Source: Leptogorgia sarmentosa | Taxonomy: Eukaryota | DNA: 64,000 bases | NCBI GenBank assembly: GCA_964658305.1 | Contig: OZ210885.1 | Span: forward strand, 19,096,001-19,160,000 | Reading direction: 5' to 3' | Shown: positions 13,658 to 25,600 of the stretch, one piece after another | How positions within the stretch are numbered: position 1 is the first letter of the stretch | Layout of the letters: each line of letters begins with the position of its first letter | Notes under the pieces: model-generated | Seen by the model: only the letters and a program-made list of their open reading frames with translations | What the model was told of the DNA's origin: nothing | The model's database searches: none | Position numbers and translations under genes: made by a program

Positions 13658-14901
13658 ATGGCTGAGGGGTACTATTACGCACCACAAACAAAGGTGGACT
13701 GGGCCTCTACTGGGGTATTTTCTCAATTCAAGCTATGGCGAAAGGAGGTCGAAAGAATCGTAGATGGTCCCCTTGCCTCATGGTCAGACAGAGTCAAGAT
13801 GAATCATATCTACATATGGGCAGGGGCCCATGCCAAGTCCTTGATAGAAGCACGAACAAGTGAAGATCCTGATATCCGCATCACGTCGCCATCCATGCTA
13901 CTAGATCAACTAGCTGTCTGTATTACTCACCCAACCTTCTTCAGGGAACAGAGGGAAGAGTTGTACAATGCACACCAAAAGCCAGATGAGAATACGACAT
14001 ACTTCTCACGTATAATGGACCTGTACAGACAAGCTGAGTTCCCAGAAAATGCTAGCTTTCTCGTAGTGGACAAGCTCATCCACGGGTGTGCGAACAGGGA
14101 CTGTAAGAAAAAACTGATGGCGAAAAATAAGAATATAACAACTAGGGAGTGTTTGGAGATAATGCGACGGTTTGAGTCGGTTGAAGCTACCATGAAAAAG
14201 CTAGGAAGTTCCAGTGATACGCAGATCGATGTTTCAAATGCTACTAATCCAACAAAAAAATCTCAGAAAAGTGGATCTAGATACAAGTCACAGACACAAA
14301 ACAGACAAATCAAATGAAACAAAGCCATGTATCTGGTGCAATAAGGGCCCACACCCTCGTGACAAGTGCCCAGCAAAGGATGCCACGTGTAACTTCTGCA
14401 GAAAGCAAGGACATTTCGAGAGAGCATGCCTCCAGAAGAAGACAAGAACGAAAGATATGGATGAGAAACAAAAGCGGTTACACAATGTTAAAGCGTCATC
14501 TGACGAAGAAAGCAGTGGCTATGAAGACAAATTTGATCTCAACCCAGTGAGCATAGATGCCGTGCGAAGTCGAAATGCACAGGAATTATTTGCGCAGGTA
14601 GTATTCAACACAAGTAAAGATGGCACCAAAGCCTTTACAGCAAAAGGCAAAGTTGACACGGGTGCCATGGTATCGTGCATGCCAGCCTCAATGCTCCCAA
14701 AGATCGGGCTCTCAAGCAATTATCTCACACCCAACGGCTCTGTCATTCGTGGAATGTCAGGAGCGGACCTCCAGAACTGTGGAACAATTGAATTCAACGT
14801 TAAGTGCAACAACATCGCAATGAAAGCGAGATTTTACGTGACTAGGCATGACTATGCTTTTATCCTTGGGTGGAATTTTGCAAAAGATTCAAGCTGGTGA
14901 C
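13658..14901 (+). pseudogene. Ty3/Gypsy gag-protease fragment, truncated by the Polinton
   Basis: Gag-like ORF with a frameshift, two zinc knuckles (CIWCNKGPHPRDKC, CNFCRKQGHFERAC), aspartic protease KVDTGA...ILG. Ends abruptly at the AGTAGT terminus at 14902. Confidence 0.85.
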
Positions 14902-14994
14902 AGTAGTTGTACTATACCGGCGATATAGCGCCTGGCCCCAGGCCCCGCTGCCCGGGGTCCCCGCGCGGCCAGGCGCTACATCTCCGATACAGAG

Positions 14995-15123
14995 CGTGGG
15001 GGGATATCACGCGGGGTATATTGCGTGGGGTATATTGCGTGGGGTATATTGCGTGGGGGATATTTTGCGTGGGGGATATTTTGCGTGGGGGATATTTTGC
15101 GTGGGGGATATTGCGTGGGATAT
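14995..15123 (+). repeat. Subterminal 14-16-bp tandem repeat GGG(G/T)ATATT(TT)GCGTGG in the Polinton TIR
   Basis: About eight copies are directly visible. Confidence 0.9.
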
Positions 15124-15534
15124 CATGTGTGTTTTTATTAATCAACAATATTTTATTTACAAAGTGTTTTCCTTTACAAAGTGTTTTCAAAAAGATAACT
15201 TTTTATTTAGTAATGTTTTTGACTTTTTCTTTAGCTTCTTCTTTTTTATTTGCCGGGTAGAATGTAGTGTATTTTAACCATGGTTTTTTGTTTATTTCTT
15301 TTTCTGCTTCTTCTTTTGATTGAGCCAGTTCTTCTTTTGATGGTAGTTCATCTCTTCTTGGTACCGAGTAGAATGCGGTGTATTTACCAGACCCATTGGC
15401 TCTGTTTCCAAATATTGATATGTTTTTTCCGTATTTTGTATTATGTTTTTGTTCGCAATTTATTTTGTGTATTGTAATTTTATAGACTTTACACAACCCG
15501 CGGTACCTCCTGCACAGAATTGTCTGACCACGAG

Positions 15535-15680
15535 CAATCCCGAGTGTAATCCCGAACCCGAGAGTAATCCCGAATCCGAGAGTGATCCCGAACCTGAGCC
15601 CGAGAGTGATCCCGAACCCGAGCCCGAGAGTGATCCCGAACCCGAGTCCGAGAGTGATCCTGAGAGTGATCCTGAGAGTG
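15535..15680 (+). repeat. Minisatellite encoding EPESDP-type acidic repeats in a probable spliced Polinton ORF
   Basis: Repeats of GAGAGTGATCCCGAACCC. The ORF 15443-15856 has a possible splice acceptor (TTTATAG) near 15485. Confidence 0.8.
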
Positions 15681-16427
15681 TTGATGTTGGGGCTAACGTT
15701 CGCATCATTAGAAGCCCCCTTTCACCTGACTCGGGACTAAACACCCCAGAATTTAGCGCAATTAGTTTCGAGAGTCTCGATGTTGCCAGGGACATCCCAG
15801 ATTGGGATGAAGAAAGTTTCAACGAAGATATGAACATTATTGAAAACATTAATTGATGATTATATGTAATCATTTATGATGTAATTAAATTTTTATTTTA
15901 AAATGTTGTTGTTGTTGCTACATATACAAGTTTTGAGTGTTTAAATAACTTTGAATAAATGTTACAAGCCTTACGTCGGATATTGTCTAAAACAAGTCTC
16001 CCTACAAAGCCGATCTTATAACAATTTACTCTAAAACGTTTTTGAGTTAGTTCCAAACAGAATGACCTCTTGTGTAAAACAGGAACGGAGATGGTTCTTT
16101 TCATCAAGGACAGATTTTAGGATTTCCTTCTCTCTTTTGTTTTTACATTTCGGGAAATAAAACCATAGTTGTCTTTCATAATATCTTTTACCACACGTAA
16201 TTTTGCTATGTTGTTATCGCAACACACGGGTTGTGGTTGCTCTGTTTCGTGAAACGCAGTCATCGCGTTTTCGTAAATGTGCCTTTCGTCTTCACTGCAT
16301 GTGAAATGACAACTCGGTTGTTGTGTGCAGAACCATTCCCATTTTCGGTTGTACCAGCAGGTAGTTTATGTAAGCATTCCATTATTGCGGTGTGATTTTA
16401 CCTTATGTGTTCTTCCCTTTTATAAAA

Positions 16428-16552
16428 CATTTACGTGCGGTTATTTACGTGCGATTATTGACGTGCAGTTATTTATGTGCGATTATTGACGTGCAGTTAT
16501 TTATGTGCGATTATTGACGTGCAGTTATTTATGTGTGGTTATTTACCTGTGG
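16428..16552 (+). repeat. 14-bp tandem repeat ATT(T/G)A(C/T)GTGC(GA/AG)TT
   Basis: About eight or nine copies upstream of pPolB. Confidence 0.85.
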
Positions 16553-16662
16553 TTTGTGAGTATATAAATGCTGTGAGTTTTTGTTCATGTGAGTATATGA
16601 ATGCTGTGAAAGTAAGTTTTTTGTTCAATGAGTATGGAGCGTGATGAGTGGCAGTGGGAAGG

Positions 16663-19600
16663 TTGTACTTACATAATATAACCACTATGATGTTATTACG
16701 TCAATGCCTGCATTTTTAAGTCGTTCTTATTTCTGCCACATGTGCAGAAAACCTTATGATCATACAACGGATCATTTATGCGATAGTATGTGCAAAATGT
16801 GTCGTGGTTTAGATTGTTCTTGGATTGATCCAAGAAGTTGTACGGATTGTAAAAGGATATTTAAGAGTCAAGCGTGTTATGACTGGCATAAGGAGCCTAT
16901 AGGAAATGGTCAGTCTGTATGCCGGCAAGTGGAAAAGTGTTTAAAATGCGGAAAATCAATGAGAATTCACCATTTACCGGATCACCTATCCCAAAAAACA
17001 AAATGCAGAACGTGCGGGGAGCTTGCTGATGATAAGGATGTACATTATTGTTACATGAAAAAACCTGCGGAAAAAGAGGGGGAGAAGGAAAGCTACGACC
17101 AGTTGTTCTTTTTTGACTATGAGTGTCGGCAAGAAGATGGAATTCACGAACCAAATCTATGCATTGTGCAAAATGAAATGGGGGATGAATGGAGTTTTTC
17201 TGGAGAAAATACAAATTTGGATTTTTGTAAATGGTTGTTTACAAAAGAGCATAAGAATTGCGTGTTCCTAGCTCATAACTTTCAGGGGTATGACGGATAT
17301 TTTATTCAAAATTATTTGAGCGGAAATGGAGTAAAGTACGACGTTATCATGAGCGGAGCCAAGATTATAACACTAACAGTTCCTATGCTCAACATACGAT
17401 TCATTGACTCGTTAAATTTTATTCCTATGGGTCTTGCTAAATTTCCAAAGACATTTGGATTGGATGAATTACATAAAGGATATTTTCCTCATTTGTTTAA
17501 TAAGAAAGAAAGTGAGAATTATATTGGACCTATTCCGTGCGAACCGTACTATAATCCGAATGAAATGAGTCCAGAAAATCGTAAAGCATTCCAAAAATGG
17601 CATAAAGAGCAAAGAGACAATAATGTCGTGTTTGATTTTGTTAAAGAGATTACCAAGTACTGTAGATCCGATGTGGATATTTTGAGACGTAGTTGTATGG
17701 AGTTTCGTGAATTGTTTCGGGATAGTACTGGAATTGATCCGTTCGAGAAATGTTTAACGATTGCTAGTGCATGTCAATTGGTTTACCGTACCAATTTTTT
17801 AAAAGAGAACACAATCGCAATTTTAAATTCCGATCGACATCTAAAAGTAAAGCAATCCAACACAGCTATAAAGTGGCTGTCGTATATGTCCGAGAAAAAG
17901 GGTATTTGCATTGAACATGTGAGGAATGGTGGCAAGAAGCGTGTTGGCAAGTATTCCTTGGACGGGTATCATGAAGAATCGAACACAGCATATGAGTTTC
18001 AGGGATGTCTCTGGCATGGTGAGTAAAGTTTTTTTGTGAATGTAAGATATTTGCTTTTTTCTTAACTATGTTATTTTTAGGGTGTTTAACCTGCTATGCT
18101 CGCGATACTGTCAATCCAGTAAATGGGAAAACTATGCAAGATCTTTACGAAGGCACAATAGAGAAAAATTGTTATCTTAAAGAGCTGGGGTTTAATGTTG
18201 TGGAAATGTGGGAATGTGATTTAAAGAAAAAGTTGGATGAAAATGAAGAAATGCGTCGCTACTTTGAAGAGCATAATCTTGTTGACCCACTCCAACCACG
18301 TGATGCATTTTTTGGTGGTCGTACAAACGCCGCAAAGCTATTTCACAAATGTGTGGACGGAGAGAAAATAAAATATGTGGATTTTACAAGTTTGTATCCT
18401 TGGTGTAACAAGTCAACGAGAATGGTGGTAGGACACCCGGAAATTATCACCGAAAATTTTCAGGACATTTCAGCATACTTTGGTCTTATAAAATGTACCG
18501 TGTTACCACCCCGAGGATTGTTTCACCCTGTTTTACCTTATCGTACTCCCGGTAAATTAACCTTCCCATTATGCAAAGCGTGTGTTGATACCGCTAACCA
18601 AACCACATGCACCCACTCGGATGAGGAGAGAGCTATTCTTGGTACGTGGTGTCATGTGGAGTTACTAAAGGCAATAGCAAAAGGGTACCAAATTCTACGA
18701 CTACATGAGGTGTGGCATTTTCCCAACCAATCCAACGAGTTATTTAAAGACTATGTGGACACCTTTTTAAAGATCAAACAGGAAGCCAGCGGTTACCCGA
18801 AAGATCGCACAACACCCGAACAGAAGCAAGCATACGTTGCTGAATATTTGGAGCATGAAGGAATTGTACTGGATCCGGAAAAGATTACACACAATCCTGG
18901 TTTGCGCACTTTAGCCAAACTCATGCTAAACTCGTTTTGGGGTAAGTAATATATTGCTTTTCATATTTATAATATTGTTGGGTAATTGTATTTTTTGTTT
19001 AGGTAAATTTGGACAGCGCGGAAATTTAGGCAAAACAGAAATGATAACGGAACTGCAAAAGTACTTTGACCTTTTGACCTCCGACGAATTTGAAGTGTCC
19101 AATGCCCGAATAGTTAGCGATAACATGATTGAGGTACAATATAAGAGCGTTGGTGATTTTGAGGAACCAAACAGCAAAGCGAATGTGGTTGTTGCTGCTT
19201 TTACCATGGCGTACGCCCGTCTGAAACTTTACGGTTTATTGGACATGCTACAGGAACGCGTACTTTACTACGATACGGATTCAGTTATATATGTGTCAAA
19301 GCCCAGTGAACCAGAACCACCTTTAGGAAATTATCTCGGTGATTTAACCAACAAGTTAGACGGAGATCACATTACTACGTTTGTATCGGGAGGACCAAAG
19401 AATTACGCATATCATACAGCCAAAGGAAAGTCAGAAACAAAAGTACGGGGAATTACTTTGAATCATACAACACTGCAAAAGATAAACCCTGACGTTAGTC
19501 GCTCGCTTGTGTACTTACATACAGAGTGTAATGCTGAAGCGAAAGTCACGATCAATATTCCTTTTAAAATTACGAGAAATAAAAAGGAAAAAAACATTGT

Positions 19601-19688
19601 AACAAAAAAGATGAAAAAGGATTATCGGATTGTATACGACAAACGTGTTATTAAAGACAATTATGAAACATTACCCTATGGGTTTTAA
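16663..19688 (+). CDS. Protein-primed family B DNA polymerase (pPolB), 5'-truncated; exons ~16663-18018, 18081-18941, 19003-19688
   Basis: ExoI FFDYE, ExoII AHNFQGYDG, ExoIII YCRSDV, FFGGRT, motif A YVDFTSLYP, motif B KLMLNSFW|GKFGQ, motif C YYDTDS, PKNY. Two phase-1 GT-AG introns (18019-18080, 18942-19002) restore the frame. Confidence 0.95.
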
Positions 19689-19739
19689 TGTAAATATATT
19701 TTATTAAACATTGTTTTTGAACACAGTACCCTATGGGTT

Positions 19740-20141
19740 TTAATGTAAATATATTTTATTAAACATTTTTGAACACCATCTATTGTCTCTCTTTTGATAA
19801 CATGTGTCGGTACTTTTCTGGACACTTTCCCCCAAAACCCCGTCGTTTAAACTTTGATCCCCATACTTTGCAATTGTCCGCCTTAGTTGTTCACATTCAG
19901 GATGAGAATTGACAGCCAAGGTGTAGTAGTTATCTTTCCAGTGAATTTGTTCCCTCTTTATCATGTGATGAAATAGCTGAGGAATAGAGTAGAAACCCTC
20001 GAAGAAGGTATGTATGTCATCATCTCCATTTACGTAATGTACACCACCAGTTGTTTTGTTGGTAATAACAAAGTATTCTCCGTCACAGAAACACATTTTT
20101 GTAAATGAAGTAGGTAAACAAGTTCTCTCTTCATATATCAT
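19740..20141 (-). CDS. Hypothetical Polinton accessory protein
   Basis: 133-aa ATG-initiated ORF convergent with pPolB; no motif recognised. Confidence 0.4.
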   Translation of the reverse strand: MIYEERTCLPTSFTKMCFCDGEYFVITNKTTGGVHYVNGDDDIHTFFEGFYSIPQLFHHMIKREQIHWKDNYYTLAVNSHPECEQLRRTIAKYGDQSLNDGVLGESVQKSTDTCYQKRDNRWCSKMFNKIYLH

Positions 20142-20218
20142 ATTTACGTGCGTTTTTTACTTGTGGTTTTTACCTGAGGTTTTTCATATAAGTAGGCGTA
20201 ATGTAAATGATAAAACCC

Positions 20219-20595
20219 ATGTCAAATCCTCGTATGAGGATTTGTTTATAGTATGGAGGCGGATACGTCCCGAAACGTTTGGACACGTGATGGGTTTTCT
20301 GACAGCAGTACATTTACAGGATCTTAGCGAAAATAAAACGCGTTATGTAGTACGACTTACAGTTCCAGTTTTGAAAAACATTAATTTATCAAAGTACAAA
20401 AGAGAAAAATCCATTTTGGATAATTACACGCTGGTACGAAGTACCGTACACCGATTTTTGCATCGCTATGTGTGTCGTCGCTTAGACCTTGTACTATGCT
20501 ATTGTTACATTATCGAGATATGTCATTGGGACATTTGCAAAAAGATGGAGAATATTGGAACGAGTGCAAACTACTGCACGTTATTTGTACTATAA
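20219..20595 (+). CDS. Hypothetical Polinton accessory protein (start uncertain)
   Basis: Open frame directly upstream of the ATPase with a Cys-rich C-terminus. Confidence 0.3.
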
Positions 20596-20640
20596 AATAC
20601 GCTACTATAATGGATTTAGAATATAAGACACATTGACGTG

Positions 20641-21267
20641 ATGGATGTGAGGTTCAAAGTACCTTCTAATTTTTACGTGTCGGGACAAAGTCAAAGCGGA
20701 AAATCATTTTTGGTTCGTAAATTACTACAACATTCAAACGAATTATTTAACCCTGTTCCTACAAAGATCATTTATTGTTATGGGGAGTATCAGAAAGAGT
20801 TTGAAGAACTACAAAATGTGGATTTGGTCGAAGGATTTCCGTCAAATTTGGATGAGTTAACCCAAGGACATGACAATTCTATTGTGGTATTGGATGATCT
20901 TATGGGAGAATGTTCAAAAGATCAACATGTTTCCGATTTATTTACGCGTGGTTCTCACCATAAAGGCATTTCTGTATTATATCTCACACAGAACCTATTT
21001 CCACCGGGAAAATTACCAAGAACAATTAGCTCAAATTGTCATTACATTTTTGTGTTCAAAAATGCACGTGATTCTCTTGGGATTGGAACACTAGCTAAAC
21101 AAATGTATCCTAGACAAAGCAATTTTTTGGTGGATTCCTTTCAAGATGCTACGAAACAACCACATAGTTATTTACTTATTGATTGTCATCCACAAACTCC
21201 GGAAAATATACGATTACGTACAAATATTTTACCGGGAGAAAGACAAATTGTGTATATAAAGAAGTAA
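20641..21267 (+). CDS. A32/FtsK-like genome packaging ATPase (Polinton)
   Basis: Walker A GQSQSGKS, Walker B IVVLDD, LFTRGSHH, YLTQNLF, YLLID, RLRTNI. Confidence 0.93.
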   Translation: MDVRFKVPSNFYVSGQSQSGKSFLVRKLLQHSNELFNPVPTKIIYCYGEYQKEFEELQNVDLVEGFPSNLDELTQGHDNSIVVLDDLMGECSKDQHVSDLFTRGSHHKGISVLYLTQNLFPPGKLPRTISSNCHYIFVFKNARDSLGIGTLAKQMYPRQSNFLVDSFQDATKQPHSYLLIDCHPQTPENIRLRTNILPGERQIVYIKK

Positions 21268-21310
21268 AAACAAAACATACATTCATTTGTGTGATACGTT
21301 GTGTACGATA

Positions 21311-21988
21311 ATGACATTGAGAAACATTACCGTATTTGTTACCGGTGGCACAAAGAAATTAACATTAAATGAACCCTTTTTAACACGAAATGGTACTACA
21401 ATACAACTAAAACGAGCAGCAGTCTTTTGGAAGTTCAAAAATGTTACATCTACAAATAATAAATACACTGTTGATAGTAGTGAAAAAGAAATCGGTGTGG
21501 GGTATTGGGATTTTGAACTCATTAAAGAGCGGTTGAAAGTGGATAAAATCAATCTTACTGCAAACATACACGATAATATGTGTGATATCGAAAATGAAAA
21601 TGATAAACCCGTAAACTTAAAAAACCTCGGAGAACTATTGGGATTTCCTGCTGATACAACCATACCTCAAAATACAGTTGCCAGATCACCAAAAGCAGTT
21701 GACGTTAATCGCGGATTAAGATACCTAAAGGTTACATGTGATCTTGCAAATCCACTTAAAAATGTTGGCACAGACGGAAACACAAACATTGCCTATTTAC
21801 TCATTCCTCCTGGTACACATTTAAACTCCACCGTTTCCGGTTTTAACGAAAATCATCCCGTGGTTTCTGTTAAGGAAGACATTGTTACCGAAATGACGTT
21901 TACCGTAAACCCAAACATAAATATTGCTGTGAATGTTGACGTGCTTCTTAATCTTGTTGTGAATGGTATACATATGGAACACACTTAG
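21311..21988 (+). CDS. Putative Polinton minor capsid (penton-like) protein
   Basis: Beta-strand-rich ORF with LGELLGF and LRYLKVTCDL...VG..G motifs resembling Polinton pentons; located after the ATPase. Confidence 0.55.
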   Translation: MTLRNITVFVTGGTKKLTLNEPFLTRNGTTIQLKRAAVFWKFKNVTSTNNKYTVDSSEKEIGVGYWDFELIKERLKVDKINLTANIHDNMCDIENENDKPVNLKNLGELLGFPADTTIPQNTVARSPKAVDVNRGLRYLKVTCDLANPLKNVGTDGNTNIAYLLIPPGTHLNSTVSGFNENHPVVSVKEDIVTEMTFTVNPNINIAVNVDVLLNLVVNGIHMEHT

Positions 21989-22009
21989 TGGATGTTAGTC
22001 ATTTATAGG

Positions 22010-22315
22010 ATGTCTTCGTATGTGAAAAGAACCCTACCGCTCCTTCAAACATTAGCAACATCAAAACCGGCTTTGCGAAACGCTATTCTTCAACACGCTC
22101 CCTCGGATTTGATAAAAGCTATTTCCGAAATTATTTTAAACGTACTTAAAGGGGCTATAAAAATATCCCCAAAGCAAAAGAAACGTTTGGCTTGCTACAA
22201 AAACAAGCTTCGCAAACTATCGAGTAACAGAGTATCAGAAAAAGTAAAAAGAAGGTTCCTTACACAAAAAGGTGGTGGTGCTGTTTTAGCGTCAATACTT
22301 ACTGGACGGTCATGA
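22010..22315 (+). CDS. Small basic conserved Polinton protein
   Basis: LIKAISEIILNVLKG...KNKLRKL...LTQKGGG, a pattern I recognise from Maverick small ORFs; QKGG resembles an adenain-type cleavage site. Confidence 0.65.
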   Translation: MSSYVKRTLPLLQTLATSKPALRNAILQHAPSDLIKAISEIILNVLKGAIKISPKQKKRLACYKNKLRKLSSNRVSEKVKRRFLTQKGGGAVLASILTGRS

Positions 22316-22678
22316 AACGTATCGTTTTGATTCCTGAAGAAAAGCTTATGCAATATGAACAACAAAAAGGAGGTGGAACACACCCATATATAAATATTAC
22401 ACCCTACACACCCAATACAGGGTGGTCTACGTCGCAGTATGGTTATCAGACGATATTATTGTCCGAGGAATTCCAAAGACTATGAGAACTCAAGCTGGGG
22501 CCCTATTGGAACGACTAAAAGCAAGACCAGACGTTATTTCCTGGGATGATATGGCTCAAGTCAAAATAGATGGAGTTTTTATACCGAAATCAAATATCTC
22601 TGATTTGATCTCCAATGCTATGAGATCACGCAAAAACTTTAATCCTATAGCCTCACAAGAATTTTTTAACGTATTAAG

Positions 22679-25600
22679 TGTCGAACGTTTATAAAAATGT
22701 TCATTTATTAAATACCTTTGACACCTCGGCTATCACACTGATGAATGAAAAATATAACCTAGTTTTATATATGTAAGGAAAAATGAGCCTGCTATCTAAC
22801 TGTTCATCTACATCCTTCGTTGTTACATAAAGAGTTAACGTTCATACTAATATGTATATATATAGATATATAATGGTGTATAATAACTATTAATAATATA
22901 ATGATGATAATGTTCTGATATCAACAAACCTATAATGTTCTGAACTACTATTTTTTTATAAATAAACTTTGTTCTATAATGTTAATTAAATGTTTCTTCA
23001 ATGTTCACACTACATAATCTTGGTATCTTCTATTTGGTTTGGAAACTCTTCCGGATCTTGTTACAACTTGACCTGGTGGTTTTATGGGTGTTGGGATTGA
23101 TGCTGTTGGAATTGATGGTGCTTGTTGTGGAACTTCGTAATTTTCATCAGGAACCGTATTACTGTAGGGTGGTTTGATACTGGTTGTGGAGAACTCTCAG
23201 ATGGTGTGCTTCCATCTGGTTCGTCAGGTTCTTCTTTGATATCAAAATATGGTTCTGGTACAGCAAGCAAATGTCTTCGATTTCTTCTATACTCTTTTCC
23301 ATTTGATTCGACTATGTACGACCGTGGTTCCTTTGCTACCTGCTTAACTACGCCAATCTTATCATATCCTTTCACCGTTTGCATTCTAACAATTTGATTC
23401 GCTTTTAAAGTTCCAAGTGTCTTTGCACTTTTGTCGTAATAGGTCTTCTGTTCCTTCCGTTTCCTACGTTTCCTTTGTGACACTTGTTTGCATGGAATGA
23501 CGTTTGGTTTAAGAAGTTTATTTGACATCGGTGGAACTGTTCGAGTTCTTCTTGACATAAGGCGCTGTGCAGGTGAACCAAGACTATAGGCGTATTTCTT
23601 CGGTTTAACAACCCCAGTATAGGATCAGATCCATCCCTCTTTGATTTTTCTAATAGCTTCTTGGCTTGTTTTACTGCATTCTCTGCGAGACCATTCGATT
23701 GAGGATACGTTGGGCTACTGGTTACTTGCTTAAAACTCCAATCTTTCGCAAATAACTTGAATTCTTCACTCACAAACTGGGTGCCATTGTCAGTCATCAG
23801 CAATTCTGGAACACTGTGAACCGCAAAATCTATGTAACTGTTCGATATACACACGACGCAGACTTTCTGGGACGACCACTCTTTGGCTTTTTAGAATTAC
23901 ACCGTTATCAATCACCAACTCATCTCTTACTGAAAAATATTCCGCTATTCACGCGGTTCTTCTCGGTACTTCGCAGGCCAACCGCTTCGAATGACTTGAA
24001 CTAATTTCTGCATGGTCGGATCTGTAGAGGTAATTTTCCTTAACTCTTTCATTCTTGTAGGTGATATGGATTCAACCGACATAACTTCAAACTCGTCGTG
24101 GTTCTCTTGATCGGGTTTCTCATTAATATAGGCACGTGATAGGGTATCTGCCACGAATAGATCACTTCCTTTCTTATAGACAAATTCCAGGTCATATCGC
24201 TGAAGTTGCAGAAGCATCCGTTGGAGTCTTGCTGGAGCTACGTGTAGAGGTTTCTTCACAATCGTGATGAGGGGTTTATGATCAGTTTCTATTACGACTT
24301 TGTTGCCATATGTGAAATCATAAAACTTTGTGCAGGCGAAAACTGCAGCCAACAATTCCTTCTCAATTTGTGCATACCGACTTTCCGTTTCGGTCATCAC
24401 ACGAGAAGCATACACCACTGGAGAACTGTCTTGAAGACAAACTGCTCCTAAACCACTCTTGGAAGCATCGACGGATAAGACAACTTGTCTCGCAGGATTG
24501 AAGAACTTTAGCACTGGAGGATTGCTGATTTCTTTCTTTAGCTTCTCGAAAGCCACTTGATAATGTACATCCCAGGACCACTTTGTGTCTTTGTTCAGCA
24601 ACTGGCGGAGTAGAGCCGTTTTTTCACTGAAATTATCGATGAATTTATGCAGGTAATTCACCATTCCAAGAAATCTTTGTAAAGCGTTTGGACCATCAGG
24701 AGCTGGCATTTCTTTGATTGCTTTTATCTTGTCTTCATCTGGCTTGAGACCATCTTTGGTGAACTGGTGCCCAACGTATGAAACACTTTCAAGTCGGAAC
24801 TTGCACTTCTTTTTACTTAGCTTGAGGTTAACTTCCTTTGCTCTCTGCAATACTTTCTCGAGATTATAATCGTGCTCAGCAATGTCACGTCCCCAAACTA
24901 GTATGTCGTCAACAATAATCTCACAAGGGTAGCCGGTGAACAACTGTTCCATTGTTCTTTGAAATACTTCTGATGCTGTTTTTTTACCAAACGGCATTCG
25001 CAGATATCTATATCTTCCAAATGGTGTACCAAATGTGGTCAGCATCGATGACTTCTCGTCTAGCATAATCTGCCAAAATCCAGATTTTGCATCTAAGGTA
25101 GAAAATACTGTGGCATCTGGCATACGAGCAGCAACACTTTCGACTGTTCTCATTGGATAATGAGATCTCTTCAAAGCTAGATTCAGGTTTCATGGATCTA
25201 GACAAATGTGCGTTTCGCCATTTTTCTTTCGTGTAGCTACCATCTGCGATACCCACTCAGTTGGCTCTGACACTGGGGAGATTACCCTCTTCTCCACCAT
25301 GTTGTCAAGCTCTTTTTTCACATTTTTTTCCATTGTGATTGGTATTTTGCGTGGTGGGTTTATTACGGGTGTTACGTTGCTGTCAACTTTCATGGAGTAA
25401 ACGACTGGTAATTCCCCAAGGTTGTCATCGAAAAGATGTTTGTGCTTCTCCATAACCCTGTCTCTAAACTCGCCGCTTGCTTGAACTTCGTGAATGCGTT
25501 CGTTTAGCTTAATGAGATTCGTTTTCAACGAATCCTCTAAGCCAAAAAGTGATGCGACAGGCTTATCCACGATCTGAAATTCTAACCTATGTATTGTTCA

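Noticed and set aside
14870..15277. ORFs with GDILRGGYFAW-like repeats
   Set aside because: Translation artefacts of the TIR tandem repeat, open in several frames.
15460..15873. Minus-strand SGSGSLS-repeat ORF
   Set aside because: Antisense shadow of the EPESDP minisatellite.
14995..16552. Short regular repeats as a CRISPR array
   Set aside because: They are head-to-tail tandem repeats without unique spacers, in a eukaryotic Polinton context with no cas genes.
19672..19767. 41-bp direct repeat at the pPolB stop
   Set aside because: Real but probably a simple local duplication; it only supplies the end of the convergent ORF.
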